DNA from: Octopus sinensis
Lineage: Eukaryota
Direction: 5' to 3'
NCBI RefSeq assembly: GCF_006345805.1
Contig: NC_043012.1
Location: 55,924,001 to 55,988,000 of the forward strand
DNA: 64,000 nt
Shown: one piece after another, positions 25,274 through 36,730 of the stretch
Layout: each line of letters begins with the position of its first letter
How positions within the stretch are numbered: the stretch's first letter is position 1
The notes under the pieces: generated by a model
Database searches by the model: none
What the model was told of the DNA's origin: nothing
The model's input: only the letters and a program-made list of their open reading frames with translations
Position numbers and translations under genes: made by a program

Positions 25274-25287
<14 letters not shown>
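24857..25287. repeat. ~205-bp inverted repeat with ~12-bp spacer
   Basis: Arms differ almost only by small indels. Confidence 0.95.
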
Positions 25288-25306
<19 letters not shown>

Positions 25307-25469
25307 CCCACTCTCTTTCCAAAAAAAAAAAAAAAAGAAGAACCTGCTCGTTAAATCCGAAATCCGTTACCTTGAGGCTTGTTAAACCGAGAGCTAAATA
25401 CATACACGCATACACAGCAGAATTTATCAAACATTATGTGACGTACTAAGAGGTAAAGCAAACTTCAAT

Positions 25470-25843
25470 GGATGGAAGCACTCCGCCGGTTACGACGACG
25501 AGGGTTCAGGTTGATCCGAATCAACGGAACAGCCTGCTCGTGAAATTAACGTGTAAGTGGCTGAGCACTCCACAGACACGTGTACCCGGAGATATTCAGC
25601 GTGACACAGAGAGTGACAAGGCCGGCCCTTTAAAATACAGGTACAACAGAAACAGGAAGTAAGAGTGAGAGAAAGTTGTGGTGAAAGAGTATAGCAGGGA
25701 TCACCACCATCCCCTGCCGGAGCCTCGTGGAGCTTTAGGTGTTTTCGCTCAATAAACACTCACAACGCCCGGTCTGGGAATCGAAACCGCGATCCTATGA
25801 CCGCGAGTCCGCTGTTCTAACCACTGGGCCATTGCGCCTCCAA
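25470..25843 (-). mobile_element. tRNA-derived SINE family C
   Basis: Head ggcgcaatggcccagtggttag...gtttcgattccc; body gggccggccttgtcac...gtgctcagcc; tail ctcgtcgtcgtaacc. Further copies at 22384-22706 and 30335-30680. Confidence 0.88.
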
Positions 25844-26567
25844 AGCAAACTTCAATAGATCATGCAAGAAAGCAATTACGAAATAAAAAGGTCGTTTTAG
25901 TTATCAAGTAATAGAATTTGTGGCTGCCAGTAGAGTTTGGAGTTTATAGAGTTACAAATGTGATCGTTAACCTCTGTAGGAATTTGGGTATAAGAAAGAC
26001 AGTGTGTGTACATGAGTGCGATAGAGGGAAAGAGTGTGCGTGTGAGTGAGAAAGAGAGAGAAGGAAAGAATGGGAAAGGTAACATAATGTACGTGTGTCT
26101 ATGTATGCATGAGATAAGATCAGATATTACTGTCATCATAATGTGTTACATTAGTTGGAAATGCAATCGTTTTTCTATTAACATTTTCTTAACAAACTAC
26201 GTCGTGCAATTTCTTCCTCGCAAAATGATATAACTGCTGACAGACATCTGTTTTCAGACATTTGAGCTTTCGTAATCTATTTTCCTTATATGACAATCAA
26301 ATCGACAAAATGAGACAGCGAGGGAAGTTTCTACGTAGTTGTTCAGCTTGCTAGAGACAGCAGCCAAATTTCTATCAGGTAATCCACCGCCTGAAGAAAT
26401 AAATAAATAAATAAAAGAACAAAAGGATACATTAAATCAGTAATTTTCTATGTCCCAAACCCCTAGAAAATTACCTTCTACAGTAAGTAAAATAAACATC
26501 AGAGATGCTTTTTCCATGCGCAGTAATTTCAGGAGCTTTTCTGAATTCATTGCAATGTCGGGAACTA

Positions 26568-26625
26568 CAGTGATCCTCGCTACTTCGCGGTTCAACTATC
26601 GCGGATTCACGACTTCGCTGATCTT

Positions 26626-26660
<35 letters not shown>

Positions 26661-27083
26661 AACGCATAAAATTTTTCATTAAATCCATAAAAATATTGAT
26701 AATAAATATTATTTCCTAGTGTAGGAACAACAAAACAAGTGTAAAATAGCAAAAAAGCATATACAGGGGTATTTCAACTTAAGACGGGCTGTGATTGGTG
26801 CAATGAAGAGAGACGACGAATCACAGCTTTCTATTTTGTAATCTGGCCTGTGTAACAGTAACAGTCTTTATTTTTTTTTTTCATCTAAAGTGTTAGATTT
26901 TTAAATTTAAAGTGTTATTAATAAACTACTGTAATGGGTGGGTTGTTAACAGTACAGGGATGGGTTTAAAAGTCCAAATACACGTTAAATAAATGCTGTA
27001 AATATAGTGTCCCTACTTCGCGGAAATTCAGCTATCGCGGCCGGTCTCGGAACCGATCTACCGCGATAAACGAGGGATCACTG
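26568..27083. mobile_element. Tc1/mariner-superfamily (pogo/Tigger-like) MITE
   Basis: TIRs CAGTGATCCTCG / CGAGGGATCACTG, TA on both flanks, repeated subterminal atcgcgg motifs. Confidence 0.82.
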
Positions 27084-27516
27084 TATTCCGTTTCATCAGC
27101 TGGTATCTCAGAGTCACAGCGTTTCGCTCCCTAGCTTGTAAGTTTTACCTGATTGGAGCAGCGAGGACTGAATTAGTCTTCTCTTATGGAAATATTTCCA
27201 CCTGCGGTCTTTCGTCAACCATAGCCACCTTGAGCTGGTTTTAGTTTTCATGTCTTCCCCACCTTTCTTACTCAACCTGTATGGGAAGGGTTTTCCTTAG
27301 ATCAGTAGATAAGCATTTTACGCCCATGGCTGTAGGAGATTATTCAATAACCTTATCGTAAAGATCTCGTTCAGCTGTGCACCTAGTATCAAAACAATAC
27401 TAGTGAACGCCCCAAAGCCTCATGCAGAGTCAAGATGCTCATGAGGGGTTAACAGTGACTACCCAATGAATTATCATTATTGACAATTGTCTACGAAGCA
27501 GATGTGGTGTTATATA

Positions 27517-27563
<47 letters not shown>

Positions 27564-27904
27564 CCATGATCTAGAGGCAGAGGAAAAGTCACTGACGGCG
27601 GCGCCCCATATTAAGCATCTGGTTCTAGATCTGTGGTGTCTTCATCCCTGGAGATGCAACGTAGCTTTCCAGGGAATGCAAACATTTACTGCGGTAACAA
27701 GGTACAGAAAAAAGTTGGAGATCACAGATCTTAACCAAACTATTTTGAATCAAACATTAACTTCCTTGAACTCACGCTATATTTCATAATTTTAAGCCCA
27801 ACCTGTATTCATTCTGCTTCATATTTCATATCTTATAAGCTTACTAGTATTCCTGTTATATTCAAGATAATTTTACCAAGACGTGTATTCGTTCAAATGA
27901 AATT

Positions 27905-28330
27905 AAATATTCTTTTCTACTCTAGATACAAGGCCCGAAATTTTGGGTGAGGAGCTAGTCGATTAGATCGACCCCAGTATGCAACTGGTACTTAATTTAT
28001 CGATCCCGAAAGGATAAAAGGCAAAGTCGAATTTGACCTCAGAACATAAAGGCAGACGAAATACTGCTAAGCATTTCGCCCGGTGTGCTAACGTTTCTTA
28101 TTTCTTTACTGCCCACAAGGGGCTACACACAGAGGGGACAAACAAGGACAGACAAACGGACTAAGTTGATTACATCGACCTCAGTGCGTAACTGGTACTT
28201 AATTTATCGACTCCGAAAGGATGAAAGGCAAAGTCGACCTCGGCGGAAGTTGAACTCAGAACGTAAAGACAGACGAAATACTGCTAAGCATTTCGCCCGG
28301 CGTGCTAACGTGTCTGCCAGCTCGCCGCTT
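27905..28330 (-). mobile_element. Nested or tandem family-B SINEs
   Basis: Two minus-strand copies directly before the Helitron. Confidence 0.88.
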
Positions 28331-28337
28331 TATGAAA

Positions 28338-28848
28338 TCTATATATATAAAACTGTAGTTGTGTGAGTGTCTGTCCCCTTCGATTTAGATTCCTAACTAC
28401 TCCCACATTTTGCAGTGCAGTTTAACCAAATTCGGGTATCTTATAGTCGTGATTCATATCGAGCCCGTCTGAGTATTAGCGCGCGTCTACGATGAGTCTA
28501 CGATTTTTAAAATAATTTAACATCATTTTTTATTCCATTTTAATGCATAAATTTTCGTGTGTCGATGGCGGCGGAGTTGGCGTCCATGATCACCTGCACC
28601 TGTTTGCTTCTCCCCCTTCTTCCCTCCCTCGTGAAGCTGTGGGGAAGGGAGTGTAAGGAAATCAACGTCGTAAAGCGTTGTCAAGGAGACCAGCGTTCTT
28701 TTAGAACAACGACTTCATGGCTTGAAGACAACAAAACAGAAATGGCTAAGAAAGCCCGAATTGGCATCTATAAGGGAAGTAACTCTCTAAAAATGCTTAT
28801 ATAGTTATTTCCCTTACAAACCCGAGCAACGCCGGGCGATACTGCTAG
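28338..28848 (+). mobile_element. Complete non-autonomous Helitron (511 bp)
   Basis: A|TCTATATATATAAAA 5' end; subterminal hairpin CCCGAGCAACGCCGGG; CTAG|T 3' end; no TSD. Confidence 0.88.
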
Positions 28849-29659
28849 TTAAATATTAAATTCTTCCTTTACTTTTGAGAATAACTTCTAAACTACGTAA
28901 TCTACTCAATGAGAACGACAAGGAAAGTTAAATGTCAGAGCAATGATATAAATACCTCATCATTTCACTCGCACACTCACTCTCTATTTGGGATTTGGCA
29001 GCTTTCTTCTCCAACACTTATTTCATTAGTGTTGATAACGAACAAACACATAAGTTAATTATTATATGAGAGATTATATTCATTCTAGCTAACACAGACA
29101 AACAGTAATTTCCTTCAACTTTATTTTCATTTCACATTTTAAAGTTAATACCGACTGCATTCACTTTTGTTGCCGCAGACAAACGCCTATCTGTCAGTGT
29201 AGTATTGCTGAATGTCTCCAGCTGCCATATTTGGAGTGGAATACTTTTTACAACAAATATAATAAAAACTATTGGGTAAAATACACGGACAAGGAGTTAC
29301 TATGGCAACTAGATTTATCTCTTATCTTTGAGAGAATATAGGTTTCACCATTTTCGCTATCTTTGCGAGACCAATAGACCATGTTTTGTGTTTTATATAC
29401 ACTAAGTTTAGAATTAATTTTAATGAGGGAGCTTTTTTTACGTAGTTGCTCGAAATGCTAAAAATAGCAGGCAAATTTCTATTTTCTAGCAGGTCAAATG
29501 ACCTGCTAGAAATAGATTTCTCTGCTGTGAGGAAGAGGAAAGACATGACGATTTAGGCAGGGCCTTACACATAACACACGTACATACATATACAAACACA
29601 TACCTAGACGTACAGACATACATATACATAAATATACAGAAATACACATACATATAAAT

Positions 29660-30250
29660 AGGTGCAGGTGTGGTAAGAAGCTTGCTTTCAAACCACAAGG
29701 TTCTGGGTTCAGTCCCACTGTGTGGCACCTTGGGCAAGTGTCTTCTATTATAGTCTTGGGCCAACCAAAGCCTTGTGAGTAGATTTGGTAGACGGAATCT
29801 GGAAGAATCCCGTCGCATACATCTGTTTCCTACAACCAAATTCACTCACAAGGGCCTGGAGCTATACTCTTACTTGTTTCAGTCATTTGACTGTGGCCAT
29901 GCTGGAGCAACGCTTTGTAGTCAAGCAAATCAACCCCAGGATTTATTCTTTGTAAGCCTAGTACTTACTCTATCACTCTCTTTTGCCGAACCGCTAAGTT
30001 ACACATCAGCATCGGTTGTCAAGCGATGCTGGGGGGAGGGAAACACAGACATTCAAACATATATACACACACATACATACATATATATATATGACGGGCT
30101 TCTTTCAGTTTCCGTCTACCAAATCCACTCACAAGGCTTTGGTCGGCCCGAGGCTATAGTAGAAGACACTTGCCCAAGGTGCCACGCAGTGGAACTGAAC
30201 CCGGAACCATGCGGTTGTAAGCAAGCTACTTACCACACAGCCACTCCTAT
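29660..30250. mobile_element. Two family-A SINEs: + head (29660-29820) and near-complete - copy (29865-30250)
   Basis: Sequence matches in both orientations. Confidence 0.85.
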
Positions 30251-30334
30251 ACCTATAGTACAAGACATTTGATAATAATGGTTTCAAATATTGGCACAAA
30301 GCCAGTAATTTCAGAGGAGGGGATAAGTTGATTA

Positions 30335-30680
30335 CAGACTCACAGTCATAGGATCGCGGTTTCGATTCCCAGACCGGGCATTGTGTTTATTGAGCGAAAA
30401 CACAAAGTTCCACAGTGCCCCAGCTGGGGGTGGTGGCAGACCCTGCTGTACTCTTTCACCACAACTTCCTCTCACTCTTTTTTCCTGTTTCTCTTGTACT
30501 TGTATTTCAAAGGGTCAACCTTGTCACACTCTGTGTCACGCTGAATCTTCCCCGAGAACTACATTAATAGTCCACGTGTCTGTGGAGTGCTCAGCCACTT
30601 GCACGTTAATTTCATGAGCAGGCTGTTTCGTCGATCTGATCAACTGGAACCCTCGTCGTCGTAACCAACAGAGTGCCACG
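30335..30680 (+). mobile_element. SINE family C (5'-truncated)
   Basis: Near-collinear with the 25470 copy. Confidence 0.85.
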
Positions 30681-30684
30681 ACTC

Positions 30685-31110
30685 CAAAGCATATCTGGTA
30701 TTTATTTTATCAACCCAGAAAGGATGAAAAGCAAAGCTGACCTTGGTAGAAATTGAACTTGGAACATAAAGACGGATGAAATACCGCTAAGCATTTCACT
30801 CAGCATGCTGGCGATTCTGCCAGCTTGCTGCCTTGCACTTTAATGATAATATTAAAAACAATAATTATTTTTTCCTACTTTTGGCACAAAGATGAAAGAA
30901 AGTTGACCTCAGTGGAATTCGAACATAGATACTGAAGCATTTTGTCCAGTTTGCCACCTTCAACAAGAATAATAATCTCTAAATTTGGTACATAGATGAA
31001 AGGCAAAGTTGACCTCAGCAGAATTCAAACTCAGCAATTAAAGAACTGGAAGAAACAATGTTAAGTGTTGTCTGACGTTCTAAACAATTCTGCCAGCTTG
31101 CTGCCTTCAA
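30685..31110 (-). mobile_element. Cluster of diverged family-B SINE fragments
   Basis: Three gatgaaag(g)caaag(t/c)tgacct segments. Confidence 0.7.
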
Positions 31111-33255
31111 CAGGAATAATAATAATAATAATGATGATAAAAAAAAACAACAACAATAATAATAAAAATACATACAACATATAGTTATAAATGTGTCATT
31201 TTTATTCTATACATGTCAGAATTAGTATTTTAATTTGTCTGATGTTATATCCATAACCAGCAAAGTCAGAAACCAGTGGTCAAAGTTTTGAAAAACTTGT
31301 CCAGAGTTCAGCTAAATAGGTTTTAAAATATTTTTTTTTATTGAAATAATAGAGTCATAATAAGAGAGGGGTTTCATTTAATATTTGTTCCACATCCCAT
31401 ATACTTTGGATGATGAGCCTTCATATTTTTATATATATTTTTATTATGTTTTTTTTGTTATTTCATTTTTTTTTTTTCATGTTTGAAGAAGTTTCTTTTT
31501 CTTTTTTTTTGAAACCTGTAAATAAAATTCTGATTATGTATATTTTAGGGTCACGACTAACTGTTTAATGATGATGAGCATGATGATGATGATTATTATG
31601 AGGTTAACACTTTTTAGTTCCTTTAACAAAATATTTTATTCTCACTCTCTTACTCACACATACACACATAAAATATAAATTTTTAAAAAATAAGTCAACA
31701 ATAAAACCATGAAATGTTGCAATAATAATGAAAGATAAAATAAAATCTGGTAATTTTTTTTCTCCCTCAAATTTAAATATCTATTAAATTCATTGTGAAA
31801 ATAGCAAATACAAAAATGAAAAACTTATTGAAAACACTAAAAATATCTCTGAAGCTAATAACAGATTTTTTTTTTTAAATTACCTACATCAAATAAGAGA
31901 TTTTTTAATGAAATTAATGGAATAGAAAATAATATATATATCTATTCATTGGCAAGTGTCTTTCATATGCATAACAGATTTTAGAGTTACACACACACAT
32001 ATACTCACATACATATACACTCACACAACCTCATATTTAAGGACCTCTAAATTAAGCAAACCAATGTTACTATTTGTTTGTTTGCAGCACAAAAGAAAAA
32101 GGGTAGCATTAGAGCTGAATGAACCCACCCTAAGATAGATTACTGTTTTGACCACTACTGTTTAATCAATTATAAAAATTTGAAAAAAAAATAAAATAAA
32201 ATAAACCCACGTCTCTTGGATTCAAAGCATAGAGTAATGTAAGATTTAAAATATTCTAAACAGATTTACTCTGAGTATCTACTCATGCAAAGATCACTGC
32301 CTTTGTTTGAATTTTGCTTTTGAACCCTTAATTCTAACACAAATTCTATGAAATATATATATATGTGTGTGTATGTGTATATATGCATGCATGCATACAT
32401 ACATACGCATGCATGCATACATACATACGCATGCATGCATACATACATACATACATACATACGCATGCATACATACATACATACATACGCATGCATACAT
32501 ACATACATATGCATGCATACATATATATGCATACATACACACACACACACACATACATATATATATATATGCGTTGCACTGCAACAGATTTCAAGTTTCC
32601 TATAAATATAATATATACATAAACTAACTGAAATATAAATCAATTCTGTATTTGAAAAATTTTAGAACTAAATACTTACAAAACAAACAAAAAAAAGGCA
32701 AGCAAGCCTCCCTAACGAAAATTCCCAAAAAGCTGAATTGAAAGGGAAAAAGAAAAAAAGAAAAGCTTTGAAATAACAATTAACTAGTTGCAAGTTTCAA
32801 AGATGAAATTTCTTTCTAAAGGCTGTTTCTTAAGAAATGGAGGAGGAGGAATTCTTTAGACAATTGAGATGACTGCTGGTAAAGATGTTTGGCCTCTTTC
32901 GGGGGACTAAATGGTCAAGTTTGATGTGAAGAGAAAGATCAAGAGAGAAACAGTACAAAATTAGACCATCAAATGACACAATGAACTGAACACAGCAATG
33001 AAAGATAAACCGACAAAATATAATTTGTCAGGTTTTTTTTTAAGGGTTCTTTTGTTCTGTTTTTACAACAAATATATCCAATATTTACAATTTACAATGG
33101 TTCAAGTTCGATTTCAAGAAGAAATCAATATTTCAGGAATTTTTTAATTCTTTTTTTTTTTTTAAATTACACCAGAAATACATCATTTACAAGATGTTTG
33201 GCAGAGTAGAAAAAAAAAAAAGTTGAACGTTCATGTTAACTGCCAGAACTTGACA

Positions 33256-33592
33256 GTCAACAAGGCCAATTGATCATGTCCACTAGTGAACAATACACGC
33301 AGGTCAACAAGCCCAGTTGATTGTGTTCACGGTGAACAACACACGGAAGCAAATAAGCCTTTAGTTTATGTTCTCAAGTGAACTATTATTGAAAAATCAA
33401 CAAAGCCAACTGCTTGTGTTCAGGGAACAACACATGAGCAAATAAGCCTTTTGTTAATCAACAAGCCCTATTGATTGTGTTCACTGGTGAACAATACTTG
33501 TAAGCCAACAAGCCCTTTGTTCCTGTTCACTAGTGAGCCATTAATGTTAACCAACAAGGTTAACTGTGCATGTTCACCAGTGAACAACACAG
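33256..33592. repeat. Degenerate ~47-bp tandem array with palindromic TGTTCAC-NN-GTGAACA core (7 units plus 1 partial)
   Basis: Units read directly, e.g. tcaacaagccctattgattgTGTTCACtgGTGAACAatac. Confidence 0.9.
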
Positions 33593-34279
33593 CAAACCCA
33601 ATTGTTAAGTTATGGTCCTTTCTGTCACCAGACACTTCAACGGAATAACGGATAAAACTTAGTGGAACCTCATTAACTGTTACTAGATGAATTATTGCAA
33701 AAAAAAAAAAAAAAAAAGAAAAAAAAAGTAGTTCCAAGAAATTTAAAACAAACAAACAAAAAAGATTGTACTTTTTTGCTCCTTTTAGAGCTAGCAAACC
33801 TCCAGATAATTCATTTTACTGAAGTCTAACTAAAACTCCGACCTTAACACTTTTAAGGACACACATTGGTAAATAAACCACCCCATGACATCTAGTCACA
33901 GAGATCAAATTAAATAATATTTAAGCCATTAAACTCATTAATAAATTTATGTATAGATTAAAAAATATGAGCTATTTTCTTAAAAAAAAAAAGGAAACAA
34001 TCTTATATATATATATATCATTATCAACAATATCACATAAGAGCACATTATCATTAAAGCATGTCCTTATAAGGTTAAAGATATAAACAGACAAGATGTA
34101 TCAGCACAGTGTATGATGATGATGATGATAATTTGATGTCCATAGCTACAGCTTTTTCATTCAATAGCTTTGTTTATCTTCTTTCCAATGTAGACAATGT
34201 TATCAGAATAATTTCGATAAAACACTCTCTTACACGCACACACAAAGAAATAGTTCCACTTGGCATTGACTTCAACCTG

Positions 34280-34311
<32 letters not shown>

Positions 34312-34312
34312 A

Positions 34313-34586
34313 CATTTAAACACATAAGGAATCCATTCGTGGGATTCAACATGCTGGGAAGAACAGCTAGGTTCCATAACCACAGAATTAGGGATAAAAT
34401 CCCGATAGAAACGAAATGAAAAAAATAAAAACTTTTACCATCTAGATGGTAAAAGTTTTTATTTTATTTTTTTTATTTTTCATTTCGTTCCTGTTGGGAT
34501 TTTATCCCTAATTTTGTGGTTATAGAACCTAGCTGTTCTTTCTAGTGTGTTGAATCCCACAAGTGGATTCCTTATGTGTTTAAATG
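34313..34586. repeat. Spacerless 274-bp imperfect palindrome
   Basis: Centre aaaacttttaccatct|agatggtaaaagtttt at 34443/34444; arms differ by 11 substitutions and an A-run indel. Confidence 0.95.
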
Positions 34587-35519
34587 AACAGTGTATTTTA
34601 TGACTAATACATAGTCTTTGGACTAAATTTTTACACGCTTGGCCACTGGAAGAGAAAATTTCTACTAATTTCCATTTCCCTTTGATATGATTAATATATA
34701 TACATATATATAATAAAAAAAAAAGTGGAACTTGCTCCAAGCTTCAATCAATAAGACCTCTCCGTAAACTCCAATACATTACAGCTACTTATTTTCCTGA
34801 GCCTACAATGATGAAAGACTTCAGACAACACTGACCAAATGGAATCCTTGAAATTCTTCGGTTCCCAATTCCAGTACAATCACTCAGTTACCATCTTGCT
34901 AATAATCTGTTTCAACTGTTTCGAGTCAAATACATAATTTCTACTTGGCTGGTTGAGACCGAGTCTGAACATCTCAATCCCATATTTTAGCTGAACTATT
35001 CTTTTTATCCACATGCTTCAACTGCCAACAGGGAAGACCAGAAGAGAATAAATGTAGCATTTTTTTTTCTAGAATTGATATAAATGAATCCAAAGACCCA
35101 GTTTTTGGTGACACATCAATGCTTAATAATAACTGTCTCTAATTTAGGGCACAAGGCTAGCAATTTTAAATGAAGGGTGTTAGTTGACATTGTTGACCCT
35201 GGAGGGATGAAAGACAAAGAAGATCCCAGTGGGAACTGTGCAAAGAACACAAAGAGCTGGATGAAACGCAGCCAAGCATTTTTTCCAATGCTGTAAGGAT
35301 TTTGCCAGCTCAATAATAAAAAATAAATTTAATTACAATTCTTTCTAATATTGGTAAAAGGCCACAATATTTCTTTAAGGGGACAGTTGATTAGATTAAC
35401 TACCATTAGTACCGTGCTGATAGTTATTGACCCCAGAATGAAGGTTAAAGTTGACTTTGGCAGAATTTGATTTTTGTTTTTGCTTTTAACTTACTGGATC
35501 TGGAAGTCAGGGGATATTC

Positions 35520-35995
35520 TCTTGATTTAAGAAGTGCTAGTATTCTCTTTTAGCATTGAAAAAAGACGAGATCAGCACAATTTCCATTGGAGGATGCTCT
35601 CAAGATCTCTACAGAATCAGCGCACATTTGACATAAGGTGAGTGTTGCATGTGGATGAAGCATGGTTGGGGAATCTTACGGGAAGAAACGAAGGGTAGTA
35701 TCATCTGCGTAAAAGTGGTTATTGTTGAGCATGATACCAACCAAGTTGTTAATGTATAGAAGGATAAGGGTGGGAAGAGGGGAAAAAAACAACAACAAAA
35801 TAAATCCTGGGGTATACCAGAGTTGATAGAGTGTGGGACATGGCTCTGTCAACACATGTTGTGATAATGCAATCTAGTAGCAGGCTACCAATCCAGGAGA
35901 TGAGAGCTGGATGGAGCCCATAGGCAGCCAGTTTCAATGGGAGATTTGCATGCCAGATACGGTCAAAAGCTTTGCTAATGTCTTGAGGGCAACAA
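35520..35995 (-). mobile_element. Decayed LINE reverse-transcriptase fragment (CR1/L2/Jockey-type)
   Basis: Minus translation with frameshifts: DISKAFDRIWH, LKLAAYGL, NSGIPQ, LLYINNL, FYADDTT, RDLESILQW. Confidence 0.85.
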
Positions 35996-36429
35996 AATTG
36001 TTTTCAACAAACAATTAAAAGAACAAAATAAAAATCTTTTTTTTTAAATTTTCACAAATTATGATAACAAAATTATGTTTAAGAAAACAAGAAACTAAAG
36101 AAAACAATTAGTCAAGCATTAATTAAAATTAGTAAAATTGAATTTCTTAGGACTGGGCACAAGTGCCAGCTTGTAGTACAGCTAATTGAAATGAACTCAA
36201 CCCTGTCCTTTTCTCTCTCTCAATATATTTTAAAATATTAAGAAACAGATGGAGCAGCTGGAAATAAATACCAAAAGGCATCTAATTAACCTACAGCTTC
36301 TACGAACCGAAACTGTTGCCCTCTTACTAAGACCGCCTTGCCTGCCTCTACAGTGGCAGCCACCAAAATATTCAGGCATACAGAGACAGACTGGACAATG
36401 GAGAGAATACAACATATCCAGACTGCCAT

Positions 36430-36730
36430 GCTGCATACCGTAAATTCCTTTTTGCATATTGGGATGTGCAGTATGACTCTGAGGTAGACAGAGGCATACT
36501 GCAGGCTAGAGTATGCAATATGACTCATCTAAGCAGGGGCATACTGCATTTTGAAGCATGCAGTATGGCTCTCAAATAAGTAGAGGCATACTACATGCTG
36601 AGCATGCAATACGACTCATCTAGGCAAAGGCATACTGCATGCTAGAGTATGTAATATGACTTATCTAAGCAGAGGCATACTGCATGATGGTGTAAGCAAT
36701 ATGGCTATCACATCTAGGCAGGGCCATACC
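36430..36730. repeat. Degenerate 44-49-bp tandem array of hairpin units (5 full plus partials)
   Basis: Units start at 36491, 36536, 36583, 36627 and 36672: gaggCATACTGCAT...ATGCA(G/A)TATGactcatctaagca. Confidence 0.92.

Noticed and set aside
32800-32910. Alternative terminal exon (SPERGQTSLPAVISIV*)
   Set aside because: A pyrimidine tract and AG are present, but the peptide is short with no independent support; expected by chance in a U-rich region.
36230-36457. Alternative SLMAP TM exon (CLLVFISSCSICFLIF)
   Set aside because: No phase-0 acceptor gives this frame.
33256-36730. CRISPR arrays
   Set aside because: Eukaryotic context, degenerate units, linkers related to one another, no cas genes.
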